Assembly (NCBI GenBank): GCA_029856145.1
Contig: JAHQWK010000001.1
Location: forward strand, 384,001-448,000
Reading direction: 5' to 3'
From: Promethearchaeia archaeon
GTDB taxonomy: Archaea; Asgardarchaeota; Lokiarchaeia; Sigyniarchaeales; SOKP01
DNA length: 64,000 nt
Position 1 is the stretch's first letter; every line of letters starts with the position of its first letter. The position numbers and the translations under genes were made by a program. The notes beneath the pieces were generated by a model, which searched no databases, was not told the DNA's origin, and was given only the letters and a program-made list of their open reading frames with translations. Of the stretch, positions 30,823 through 40,803 are shown in pieces.

Positions 30823-31473
30823 TTATCCTTCCAGTTCTTTACGAAGTTTATCGATCTCGTCTTTTAGTTGAACTTTTGATTTAACTTCAGCTTCCTCTTC
30901 TTCAAGATCATAATCTGGTATATATTGTAGATCATCAGCAGGAATTTCAGGCATGTCCCCTCCTTGTTCTAGAAGCATTTCTGTTTCAAGTTTATTTAAT
31001 TCTTCTGTAACATCAATTGCTAGATCAATTTCTGGATCACCACCTAAAATATCAGCTGCTTCTTCAATTTCTGCAACATATGCCTCAGAATCTTCTGCAA
31101 TTTCAGCAACCTTAGCTGGCGATGCCTTTGTAGCGATCTCCTCTAATGTATCTCGAATACCCCCGAAAACATCACCTGTTTGAGATATTAGCATTCCCTC
31201 TTCTATCGCTTGAATTTGTCTTTCAATCTTTAGTCGTATATTATTACTACGGTCAACTTTCGCTTGATATGCCTTATATTGTACTAAATAGGATTTTGCG
31301 CGATCTTTTTCGCCTCGTTTTAATGCTATTTTTGCGTTTTTTCTGCTAATCTCAGAACGTTTATTATAATTTCTGTTCATCAAATTCAATTTATGGATAT
31401 GACCTTTAGCTTTAGTAACCAAATTTTCCTTTTCTTTGCTTTTACGTGGAAAGAGTTTCTTTTTTAACCCCAT
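30823..31473 (-). CDS. ESCRT-III Snf7-family protein (Vps20/32/60-like)
   Basis: Basic helical N-half (NAKIALKRGEKDRAKSYL), acidic C-half, EELNKLE, MPEIP. Confidence 0.85.
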   Translation of the reverse strand: MGLKKKLFPRKSKEKENLVTKAKGHIHKLNLMNRNYNKRSEISRKNAKIALKRGEKDRAKSYLVQYKAYQAKVDRSNNIRLKIERQIQAIEEGMLISQTGDVFGGIRDTLEEIATKASPAKVAEIAEDSEAYVAEIEEAADILGGDPEIDLAIDVTEELNKLETEMLLEQGGDMPEIPADDLQYIPDYDLEEEEAEVKSKVQLKDEIDKLRKELEG

Positions 31474-31616
31474 TTTATCATTACACCATTTAGAACTTTA
31501 ATTTTATATTATCTGATTTTATGAATTAAATAATGTTTCTGACTTAAAAATTTAATATTGTTTAATATAATATAATAAAATAATTCTCATCAAAAAAGTT
31601 TAACCTAGACCAATAT

Positions 31617-32741
31617 TTGAGCACCATGAAAAAAATCATATTAGATTTTGAAACCAAGAGTAAAAATCTCAAAGAACTAGTTCAAGAAGCTTTGAATAGA
31701 AATTTTATAAACTATTTTGTTTCTCAAGAAACTTTTAAAGAATTTGAGAAAATTGAAAGGATAAATCTTTATTCCAAAAATCCTAATATTCCCGTCAAAT
31801 ATGTGGTATATGATGATAAGGATATATTAGTAGAAAATTTAGCTAATGAGAAATTTATTAATAAGAATTTTGGATTCTTTTTTGAATTAAAAACCAAAGA
31901 AGATGAACAAGAAATTATTGAATTAGCAAAAACTCGATATGTAGATTTTATTATTGTTTCCGCTAAAGATTGGGAAATAATACCATTCGAAAACCTCATT
32001 GCTGGAATGCATTCAAACGATACAGAACTAATTGCTTCAGTGGAAAACATAAAAGAAGCCGAGATAATGTTAAAGACTCTAGAAATTGGGGTTGATGGAA
32101 TTAGGATGAAACCAACAAATATCAATGAAATTATTGAATTGAAAAAACTGCTGCATGAAGATTATCGTTTGAGATTAGAAAAAGCGACAGTTAGAAATAT
32201 CCAAAATATTCCTGAGAGTGAAAGAGTTTGCGTTGACACTACTTCACTTTTAAACATAGGAGAGGGATTTTTAGTTGGATCAACAACTAAAGGTTTTTGC
32301 TTGATTCATTCTGAGACATTTGAAACTCAATTTGTTGCGCCAAGACCATTTCGTGTAAATGCAGGGGATGTTTCGGCTTATATCTTAGTGCCTGATGATG
32401 ATCCTCAAAAAATCTATCGAACAAAGTATTTAAGTGAATTAAAGGGAGGAGATAAAGTTTTAGCTGTAAATTCTGAAGGAGAAGTTAGAATTGTCTCTGT
32501 AGGGAGAGTAAAAATAGAAACACGTCCAATGCTTAGATTTGAATTAGAAACAATGGAAGGTGATAAAAAAATTCAAATAAGTTGTATTTGTCAAAATGCG
32601 GAAACAGTTCGGCTACTCGGAGTTGATGGTAAAGCAAAACTTGTTGTTGATATTAAAATTGGAGATGATGTTCTTGTACATGTTGGATCTGGAGCGACAC
32701 ATTTTGGTACTTTTATAAGAGAAACTATAATAGAAAAGTAG
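31617..32741 (+). CDS. aroB': 3-dehydroquinate synthase II (archaeal type)
   Basis: WEIIPFEN, LEIGVDG, RVCVDT, RPFRVNAG, GRVKIETRPM, QNAETVRL. Confidence 0.93.
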   Translation: MSTMKKIILDFETKSKNLKELVQEALNRNFINYFVSQETFKEFEKIERINLYSKNPNIPVKYVVYDDKDILVENLANEKFINKNFGFFFELKTKEDEQEIIELAKTRYVDFIIVSAKDWEIIPFENLIAGMHSNDTELIASVENIKEAEIMLKTLEIGVDGIRMKPTNINEIIELKKLLHEDYRLRLEKATVRNIQNIPESERVCVDTTSLLNIGEGFLVGSTTKGFCLIHSETFETQFVAPRPFRVNAGDVSAYILVPDDDPQKIYRTKYLSELKGGDKVLAVNSEGEVRIVSVGRVKIETRPMLRFELETMEGDKKIQISCICQNAETVRLLGVDGKAKLVVDIKIGDDVLVHVGSGATHFGTFIRETIIEK

Positions 32742-32802
32742 GAATCTTATTATTGTATTTTTTATTTAATAAATATGAAATTTAAATTAAAATCAGAAAT
32801 AT

Positions 32803-34074
32803 TTGGATGCAATCGATTTGACAGCTTATTGGGCGCCTTTGCTACACATATATCAGCCCCCAACCCAAGATCCTAAAGTTTTAAGAAATATAGATAAAGA
32901 GTGCTATAAATCATTATTTTCCTTGCTTGAGGAATATGATACTGCGAAATTTTCTTTGAATATTAATGGTGTCCTTATTGAGTTATTTTATGAATTCGGT
33001 TTATCTGACACAATGGATTTACTGAAAAATTTAGTTTCTGAAAACAAAATTGAAATCGTAGGAACAGCAAAGTTTCATCCAATCCTTCCTTTAATCCCTA
33101 GAAAAGAAGCTCAACATCAAATTCAAATGAATGAGGAATTAAACAGAAAAGAATTTGGTCGTTGGGAAAGAAAAGGTTTTTTTCCACCAGAATTGGCAAT
33201 CTCAGGAGAGGTTGCTAAATTTATTCGACAGTTAGGCTACAAATGGGTAATTATGAGTGGAATAGCGTGCCCTGTCGATTGGCCATATGATAAAATCTAT
33301 ACATCTCCTAATGGGCTTCAGTTATTCTTTCGGGATGATATTTTTAGCAATAAAATCGCTTTTAAGAATATAACAGCAAAGAATTTCGTAAAAGATATTA
33401 AAGCTGTGCATAAAAACAAAGAAAAAAACAATCCAACATATGTTTTAACCGCTTTAGACGGGGAAACATTTGGACATCATATTAAAAATTACGAGAAGAC
33501 CTTTTTAGGTAAAACTCTAGAATTAATAGACCAAGATGATAATTTAAAGACTATTTTTATATCAGATTTAGATCAACATTTTCCAATCGCAAAAAAAAAA
33601 ATTATTCCACGAGAATCAAGTTGGAGTACAACTAATGACGATCTTAAAGATAAAATTCCATATCCCCTTTGGGATCATCCAAATAATAGTGTTCATAAGT
33701 ATTATTGGAAATTAATGAAAAGCCTGAATAATTTAATGAATTTAGCAGATAATTTAGATTTAGCAAAAGATTGGGAAGTAGATAATTATTATAATACTGC
33801 TAAACACTTCTATAGTAGAGGAATTTATTCCTGTCCAACATGGTGGTCTAATCCACTTAATAAAACTTGGTCTCCAAATTTAATTTATAAAGGAGTTGAA
33901 ATATTAATGAGAGCAGCATTAAATGCCCAATTAGCATTAATTCATGGTGGTAAATCAGATTTAGGAGAAGGATATTTTGATTCTATTTCTTACTATCACG
34001 GGCTTTTACTAATGGAATTAAATAATGTTACAAAAAAGAATTTGAAGCAGTTTAATAATAATAACAACACATGA
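32803..34074 (+). CDS. GH57-family glycoside hydrolase
   Basis: LHIYQP, HPILPL, GFFPPELA, ALDGETFGHH, SSW. Confidence 0.9.
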   Translation: MDAIDLTAYWAPLLHIYQPPTQDPKVLRNIDKECYKSLFSLLEEYDTAKFSLNINGVLIELFYEFGLSDTMDLLKNLVSENKIEIVGTAKFHPILPLIPRKEAQHQIQMNEELNRKEFGRWERKGFFPPELAISGEVAKFIRQLGYKWVIMSGIACPVDWPYDKIYTSPNGLQLFFRDDIFSNKIAFKNITAKNFVKDIKAVHKNKEKNNPTYVLTALDGETFGHHIKNYEKTFLGKTLELIDQDDNLKTIFISDLDQHFPIAKKKIIPRESSWSTTNDDLKDKIPYPLWDHPNNSVHKYYWKLMKSLNNLMNLADNLDLAKDWEVDNYYNTAKHFYSRGIYSCPTWWSNPLNKTWSPNLIYKGVEILMRAALNAQLALIHGGKSDLGEGYFDSISYYHGLLLMELNNVTKKNLKQFNNNNNT

Positions 34075-34077
34075 ATT

Positions 34078-34515
34078 TTATTTATATTTTGAAATCAATT
34101 TATTAAGGACGTTATTCCAATCATCTAATTTTGGTACATACCAAGCAGCTGAGTCAGATTCTCCATTTTCATTAGTAAATGTTACCTTTAAAAGGGGTTT
34201 AAATACTGATCTATGCATATGTGATTTTGGATTTGTGATCTTTATGATAGATTTAATTTGTATTAGTAACTCTTTCTTAGGTTTCCACATTCCAAAAAAT
34301 AGTTCTTCTTCTGTAAGTAACAAAACACCATTCCCACGAACTTTCCTAACTCCTGATGATTCTAATCCAAAGAAGTTAGAGATATCATCTACGAGCAGAA
34401 CGCTTTTATCGTTATATTTCTCATGTATCTCATTAATTCTCTTTCTAAAAATTTTTTTAAGCATAAGATAATCAATTGAAAATGATATCCAATTAATTGA
34501 ATAAAATGGAAACAA
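34078..34515 (-). CDS. Small PH/GRAM-like domain protein (likely start ATG 34464)
   Basis: GNGVLLLTEEELFF ... AAWYV..LDDWNNVL, a PH-fold-like pattern. Confidence 0.65.
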   Translation of the reverse strand: MFPFYSINWISFSIDYLMLKKIFRKRINEIHEKYNDKSVLLVDDISNFFGLESSGVRKVRGNGVLLLTEEELFFGMWKPKKELLIQIKSIIKITNPKSHMHRSVFKPLLKVTFTNENGESDSAAWYVPKLDDWNNVLNKLISKYK

Positions 34516-34589
34516 AAATTATATAATTTCTAGTTTATATAATTTACAAAGTAATATTATAAAAAAGATTTTTATTTAAGAACAGAGTA

Positions 34590-35642
34590 ATGTCAAAAGA
34601 AAGCGAGAAAAAGATTAAATATTGCGTCTTCTGTGGAGCGGATATAGCAGAAAGTAAGACTTATTGTCCTAATTGTGGTAAGTTAGTCATTAAAATTGTA
34701 CCCGGAAAAAAAGCTTTGAAACCAAGGCCCTTCTCTAAGGTAGATCTTTCAAGAAAGTGTCCTAATTGTGGTTCTATAATAATATCTACGATCTTAGATC
34801 AATGTCCTATATGCAATACAGAATTAGAGAAAATTTCTGAAGTCAGAAAAGCCATTGTCCAAAAGAAACCTGGTTTAATTTTTACTAATAAGAAATTTGA
34901 GCCTGAACAAAAATTTATTTTAAAGAAAGATACGTGGAACCTAAAAGAAGGACTAAATGTTTTTGGAACATGCATATATATATTAGTGATTGTCTTTTTT
35001 TTACTGATGACTTTTTCATTACAATTAGAGTCAGCCACCCCAACTATTGAAGAAATTCTATTGACTCAAATTCCTGAATTACTTTTTGGTATATATCCAA
35101 TATGGTATATTTATAATAAAAAGCATAGCTTTACCAAATTAGGCTTTCACTCTGATTCTAAAAAAATTCCTATAGCATTTCTCATTGGAATTTTAGGGGC
35201 TCTAATGTTGTTATTACTCAATTTCTTTTCTGATTCTTTAATTAACTTCATGTCAGATATAGGTTTAGATATCTTTGGTATCACATCAGCTATTCAAGAA
35301 CAAAATCTAGTTATTAGAAATTCTGGGTTAATTTGGATTATAATTCTAATATTAACATTATGTGTAAGAACAATTTCTTTAGAAGTTGTATTTCGGGGAG
35401 TTTTACATAACACCTTAAAACAAAGATTTAAAAATAATTATATTGTGATACTCATAGTTGCTTTAGCTTATTCTCTTATGTTATTAGTTTTTACAATTCC
35501 ATATGGAATTTACTTCTTTCTCTTTAATTTTCTAGCGTTTGTTGTGCTTGGATTCCTATATGAAATAAATCGAAACATATATAATACTATGTTGGCTAAT
35601 ATTTTGTTCAATATTATTCTAATTATCCTTATCTCTCTTTAA
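34590..35642 (+). CDS. Double zinc-ribbon + CPBP/Abi-like membrane protein with degenerate catalytic motifs
   Basis: Four CxxC at the N-terminus; LEVVFRG in place of EExxFRG; conserved His residues absent. Confidence 0.75.
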   Translation: MSKESEKKIKYCVFCGADIAESKTYCPNCGKLVIKIVPGKKALKPRPFSKVDLSRKCPNCGSIIISTILDQCPICNTELEKISEVRKAIVQKKPGLIFTNKKFEPEQKFILKKDTWNLKEGLNVFGTCIYILVIVFFLLMTFSLQLESATPTIEEILLTQIPELLFGIYPIWYIYNKKHSFTKLGFHSDSKKIPIAFLIGILGALMLLLLNFFSDSLINFMSDIGLDIFGITSAIQEQNLVIRNSGLIWIIILILTLCVRTISLEVVFRGVLHNTLKQRFKNNYIVILIVALAYSLMLLVFTIPYGIYFFLFNFLAFVVLGFLYEINRNIYNTMLANILFNIILIILISL

Positions 35643-35775
35643 TTTTAACTATTCATTACCCCCCAAATATAAAATTTAATAAAATATAATAAATCAATAA
35701 TCTCTAGATTTATTTTTTATTTAAACCATAGTTTTATTATTATGATTAAATCTAATAGGTTTGGAGTAAAAAGGC

Positions 35776-36492
35776 TTGGGTAAACAAGTATATAGAAATA
35801 AAGGAAGTAAAGACAATATTATAGTCTCTATTGCTGGAGTACATGGCGTTGGAAAAACTACTGTATTCAATCTTTTCAAAAAAGATAAAAAAGTAAAAGA
35901 TAATAAAAAATTCAAGTTCTTTCCCGAAAGATATGTAAAAAAACCTCCTTTTCCTTTTGGGTCCTCTAATAAGCAAATTGGGTTTAGAAGTGAACTCCAT
36001 TTTCTTCAACAGCTTATTAGACGTAATCAAAATATTGTAAATTTTGATAATCAATACAATGGGAGAATCATAATTTTAGATAGAACTCCATTATGTGTTT
36101 TAATTTATTCCAAGAGTTTAAACTTAAAAGAGAAAGATTATAATCTTATTTTAGATACATGTAAATCTATTGAATGGAAAGAGGATTATATCTTCTACTT
36201 AAATGCTAAACCAAATACAATTATGAAACGAATTATTGAGAGAGGTTCCTTAGAAAAAATAAGGAAGGAATGGAATGAGGATGATAAAGATTATTTATTA
36301 AAAATTCTTTCATATTACAAACAATTCCTTTCAAATAAAGAGGGTGTTTTTACGATAAATACAGAAGATTTAACTCCAGAAGAAGTAGTCATTGAAATGA
36401 GGGAACTTATAACCCAATTATCAGGATATTCTTTCGATAAGTTTGAAAAGCCATTCTCAACTCAGATGAATTTATTGAAATTTATAAAATAA
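35776..36492 (+). CDS. Deoxynucleoside/thymidylate kinase-family P-loop kinase
   Basis: GVHGVGKTT, ILDRT, KRIIERG lid. Confidence 0.8.
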   Translation: MGKQVYRNKGSKDNIIVSIAGVHGVGKTTVFNLFKKDKKVKDNKKFKFFPERYVKKPPFPFGSSNKQIGFRSELHFLQQLIRRNQNIVNFDNQYNGRIIILDRTPLCVLIYSKSLNLKEKDYNLILDTCKSIEWKEDYIFYLNAKPNTIMKRIIERGSLEKIRKEWNEDDKDYLLKILSYYKQFLSNKEGVFTINTEDLTPEEVVIEMRELITQLSGYSFDKFEKPFSTQMNLLKFIK

Positions 36493-36593
36493 AGTAATGA
36501 TAAAATATATTAAAATAGGCTTTCTATTTATACTTAAATTCAAGCTTAAAAAAATCGTGTTCAACCTAAATTGTGAGCAAGGTGGGAAAATAA

Positions 36594-37559
36594 ATGTCTA
36601 CAATCGCAGAAGATATCCGAAAAAATTTGATGCTTGTTTTAAAAGAAGAAGAAGAAAAAACTGATTTAGAAAATCTTGCAGTTTTATCTCGAGTAGGAAT
36701 GAAAGTAGCTAGTTCAAATTCGTCAGAATTAGATGCTGACGCCACTTCTGCGTCTAGTACCGCCTTAATAGATTTAGGATTAAGATTAAATCAGGCAACG
36801 GTTCATGGAGCTTTAACTGAGATTATCCTACACAATACATCGGGATATTGTATTTTAATGGCTATAAACGACGAATACATAGTATTTGGAGGCCTTTCTC
36901 GAATTTACAGCATTGGATACTATTTAGGATACTTAAGAGAATTAACAAGAAAACTGAATAGCCTCATTTCAGGCGATCAAGTAACTGAGATGATGCTTTC
37001 CCTCGAAGAATCTGAAATAGAGAAGATCGAACAACAAAAATTAGAAGAAGAAGCCAAACCTATAATAAAACCCACTCTAAAACAAGATAAAGCTGCTTTA
37101 GATGACTTATTGGGATTCTTAGATGATTGGGAAAAGGGAGATGAAGAATTCGAAGAAATTGAACCTACCACTGAAAGTGGTATTGTTTCGATTCCAAAAT
37201 CAGTAGGTCTAGGGCTTGAAAAAGAAGTGAAAGCTGCCACTGAAACTCCGGCTCCTCAAGTCGCGGAAAGTTTATCCACTGATACTCAATTTAAAGTATA
37301 TGAAGATGAAGTTCCACCAATCCCCCTCGATGATTATACTCCCATGGAAATTGATGAAGAGCCCATCTCTGAAGAACCGGCGTCTATTTCAGAAGAATCG
37401 ATACCTACTGAAGAATTACCCTCATTTGAAGAATTAGGTCCTCCAGATTTTGAATCAGAAGTATCTGCTTCTGAATATGACACTGAATTTGTTTTAGAAG
37501 AAGAGTCAGAGGCTTTAGGTTCTGTGCTTCGCGATCTCGGATGGGAGGAAGAGGATTAA
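36594..37559 (+). CDS. Roadblock/LC7 domain protein with long acidic disordered tail
   Basis: LAVLSRVGMKVAS..SASSTAL..G.LTEIIL....GYCILMAI roadblock pattern; Glu/Pro-rich C-half. Confidence 0.8.
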   Translation: MSTIAEDIRKNLMLVLKEEEEKTDLENLAVLSRVGMKVASSNSSELDADATSASSTALIDLGLRLNQATVHGALTEIILHNTSGYCILMAINDEYIVFGGLSRIYSIGYYLGYLRELTRKLNSLISGDQVTEMMLSLEESEIEKIEQQKLEEEAKPIIKPTLKQDKAALDDLLGFLDDWEKGDEEFEEIEPTTESGIVSIPKSVGLGLEKEVKAATETPAPQVAESLSTDTQFKVYEDEVPPIPLDDYTPMEIDEEPISEEPASISEESIPTEELPSFEELGPPDFESEVSASEYDTEFVLEEESEALGSVLRDLGWEEED

Positions 37560-37663
37560 AGTTTTCTAATGACTCAAATCCAGCATTAACTAATTCATAA
37601 ACTCTATTTTATTTTAATAAACTTTTAAATAGAGATGTCTCTAATCTATATTTAATATTAAAA

Positions 37664-39019
37664 TTGATAAAATTAGCTTTAGGAATCAGTATGACTGATA
37701 TTGAAGTAGAGCAAATAGAAAGGGGCAGACTAAAAAAATTTATACTTTTTGGAACACCCAGATTTGGTACAAATATCCTTTTAACTATCGTAGATTTTGC
37801 CCTATTGACGCTCTATAGTATTGGTTTTGAATTACCCGCTTGGCAAATTTTTTTAGCTACTAGTTTAGGAAAACTCAGTATCGCACTTTCTCAATTTCTA
37901 TTAGGTTGGTTGAGTGATGCTAAATATACTAAATGGGGAAGAAGAAAGCCATATCTCATAATATTAAGCCCACTACTTGGAATATCATTTATATTTTTAC
38001 TTATCCCTAATCGGTTTTTACCAATTTCAAATAAAACAACCTTATTCACTTGGCTATTAGTATGGGATTTACTTTTTCAAGCAAGTTATGGAATGACTAC
38101 CGTACATAATGCATGGATGGCTGAACAGTTTGAAGTTGGCGACCGTCCTAAAGCTTCACAGTTCATAAACCTATTTATTTATCTAGGTGCAGGTGTAGGT
38201 CAAATTTTTACTCTATTAATTTTGACAGATTTTGCTTTAAAAGTAGAATTAAATCCAAGTGTTATACCTAGTGAATTTTTACTTGGTGTATTAATTTTTG
38301 GGATAATTACAGTGCAATTATTTTATATTGTTGCGCTAATGATGCCAACAGAACCAAATTATAAAATAGATTCAAATTTAATTAGTAATTTAAAAGCCAT
38401 TGCAAAAAATAAAAATTATTTATCATTCAATTTTATGGAAGGATTTGCGAGTGTGGCTTGGGCTATTGTAACACCAACAATGCTAGCTTTTTTAACCGTT
38501 GTTCTAAAGTTTACTGAATTGCAATTTATAATTGGAGGATCAATCATTATTTTTGGTGTTTTATTATTCTTATACCTTTGGAGAATACTTATAGAAAAGT
38601 TAGGTAAAAAAAAGAGTCTATTAATTCTTTTTCTTTTTGCGATAATAGTATTACCTTTTACTTTAATAAGCATTATTCCAATGGAATCATATCTGATATA
38701 TGGAATTATTTTTATAATTGGAGTAGTTGCATCTATTGGTGGTTGGAATTTGTTCCCTTATATAGTATATGCAGATCTCGCAGAAGATGATGAAAAATCT
38801 ACTGGAGAATTAAAAGCAGGTTTGTATCGAGGGTTCTCTAGTATAATACTTAATCTTTTTCAGGCAATAGGCTTAGCGTTTTCATCCGTTGTAAGTTTGC
38901 TTTTAGGGGATTACTTATTCTTCATCTGGTGGGGCCCTATTTGCTCATTAATATTAATCGGAGCTTATTTCTATTCCAGAAGATTTATCAAGATTGATTT
39001 TGATTGGGAGAAAAAATAA
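37664..39019 (+). CDS. MFS (GPH-like) transporter
   Basis: About 12 TM; GWLSD...TKWGRRKPY. Confidence 0.9.
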   Translation: MIKLALGISMTDIEVEQIERGRLKKFILFGTPRFGTNILLTIVDFALLTLYSIGFELPAWQIFLATSLGKLSIALSQFLLGWLSDAKYTKWGRRKPYLIILSPLLGISFIFLLIPNRFLPISNKTTLFTWLLVWDLLFQASYGMTTVHNAWMAEQFEVGDRPKASQFINLFIYLGAGVGQIFTLLILTDFALKVELNPSVIPSEFLLGVLIFGIITVQLFYIVALMMPTEPNYKIDSNLISNLKAIAKNKNYLSFNFMEGFASVAWAIVTPTMLAFLTVVLKFTELQFIIGGSIIIFGVLLFLYLWRILIEKLGKKKSLLILFLFAIIVLPFTLISIIPMESYLIYGIIFIIGVVASIGGWNLFPYIVYADLAEDDEKSTGELKAGLYRGFSSIILNLFQAIGLAFSSVVSLLLGDYLFFIWWGPICSLILIGAYFYSRRFIKIDFDWEKK

Positions 39020-39328
39020 GAAGAAAATAATTCAAACTATTATTCTATTTCTACTTAGGTATTACAATTAAAGAATTTCATTAGTCTTAATATTCGGAAT
39101 CTTAACTTGAAATTAAATAATATAAAAATAAAAAAGCAAATTTTAGAATAATAATTTGCTTACTAAAAATAATATTTTCCATAATTAGGATAAAATGTCG
39201 CTTCAAGAATTAGGAATCTCTCATAAGAAAATTAAAAAAAAAAATAAATTTTTATTTTAAAATTTTTTTAAACATACTTTCTTCTTGGATAAAATCAATA
39301 AATAATAGTTTACTTAATTTAAGTAGGT

Positions 39329-40687
39329 ATGATTTTCGATAAAGTTTTAGAAATTTGTCAGAAATACTATATTTGCGTTCATTGTCTTGGTAGAATGTTT
39401 TCTCTTTTAGGGACCAATACAACAAACTATGAAAGAGGTAATTCTTTATTACTTTCGATAACTATGGAAAATCACAGAAATTATCTATCCGGAAATGACG
39501 TTATTCAGAAAAAGGCAATTACTAATTTAAAATTATTAGCTAGTAATGCTTATTTTAAACCTGCTCAAAAAGTCTTAGATAATGAAGGGTTAGAATATGT
39601 GAAGAACAATTCAAATCAAATCTGTTATCTATGTAATAATATTTTTTTCAAAATTGAAAATTATACTAGTAAAGCAATCCAAATACTTGAAAAAATTGAA
39701 TTTGATAGCTTTTTAATTGGTTCAAGGCCAGATTCTCAAATTATTAACCGAGAAGATAAATTCAAATCAGAATTTACTCTCTTAGAAGCTGAATCTTTTA
39801 AAAGTCATTTTAATCGTGTATTAGGAAAACAATTATTACCAGTTTTAAATAAAATTCCTGAGTTTTCTAATCCTGATGTATTAATGATATACTCATTAGA
39901 TTATGAAAGATTTATGGTTGAGTTAATATTAAAATCTATCTTCGTTTATGGGAGATATAATAAATTAATAAGAGGAATCCCCCAAACCCATTGGTTTTGT
40001 AGAAAATGCAAGGGAACTGGTTGTGAATCTTGTAATTATACTGGAAAGCAGTATTTAACGAGTGTTGAGGATTTAATAAGTCCAGTGTTTATTAAGGAAT
40101 CAAAAGCAACTGATTTGAAGTTCCACGGCGCTGGAAGAGAGGATATTGATGTAAGAATGTTAGGTTCCGGAAGACCATTTATTATTGAATTAAGAAATCC
40201 TAAAATTAGAAATTTAAACTTGGTTAAAATACAAAGAAAAGTCAACAAAAGCAATAAAAAGAAAGTAAGAATTTACAATCTAAAATATAGTAACAAGAAG
40301 GAAGTAATCAAAATTAAAACGGAAGCTAAAAATACAAAAAAAATTTACAAAGCCATTATAAAATCTGAAAGTAAATTAAATAAAGAGGAATTTAACCAAA
40401 AAGTAATTCTTTTGAAAAATATATTTGAAAATAAGAAATTACATCAAAGAACACCCTATAGAGTATCTCACCGTCGAAGTGATAAAGTAAGAGAAAAATT
40501 AATTTATAAGATTGAAGGAAAATTGATAAAACCAAATTTATATGAGTTTATAATAGAAACTCAAGGCGGAACTTATATAAAAGAGCTCATCAATGGCGAT
40601 GAGGGACGTACTACTCCTTCTTTTTCAGAAATTTTTAAAACTCCTTTAGAATGTAAAGAATTAGATGTTTTAGAAATTTCTGTTTAA
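39329..40687 (+). CDS. pus10: tRNA pseudouridine(54/55) synthase Pus10
   Basis: CVHCLGR, GRYNKLIRGIPQT, FHGAGREDIDVRMLGSGRPF, QRTP, GGTYIKE. Confidence 0.96.
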   Translation: MIFDKVLEICQKYYICVHCLGRMFSLLGTNTTNYERGNSLLLSITMENHRNYLSGNDVIQKKAITNLKLLASNAYFKPAQKVLDNEGLEYVKNNSNQICYLCNNIFFKIENYTSKAIQILEKIEFDSFLIGSRPDSQIINREDKFKSEFTLLEAESFKSHFNRVLGKQLLPVLNKIPEFSNPDVLMIYSLDYERFMVELILKSIFVYGRYNKLIRGIPQTHWFCRKCKGTGCESCNYTGKQYLTSVEDLISPVFIKESKATDLKFHGAGREDIDVRMLGSGRPFIIELRNPKIRNLNLVKIQRKVNKSNKKKVRIYNLKYSNKKEVIKIKTEAKNTKKIYKAIIKSESKLNKEEFNQKVILLKNIFENKKLHQRTPYRVSHRRSDKVREKLIYKIEGKLIKPNLYEFIIETQGGTYIKELINGDEGRTTPSFSEIFKTPLECKELDVLEISV

Positions 40688-40803
40688 TGTTGATTTTATC
40701 TAATTTTATTTGGCGAAAATCAAAAAATAAATAAATTATAATACATAATTGTACTAAATCAATTGAATTATTTTCGCATTAACAATCATTAAGGTGTATC
40801 GAA

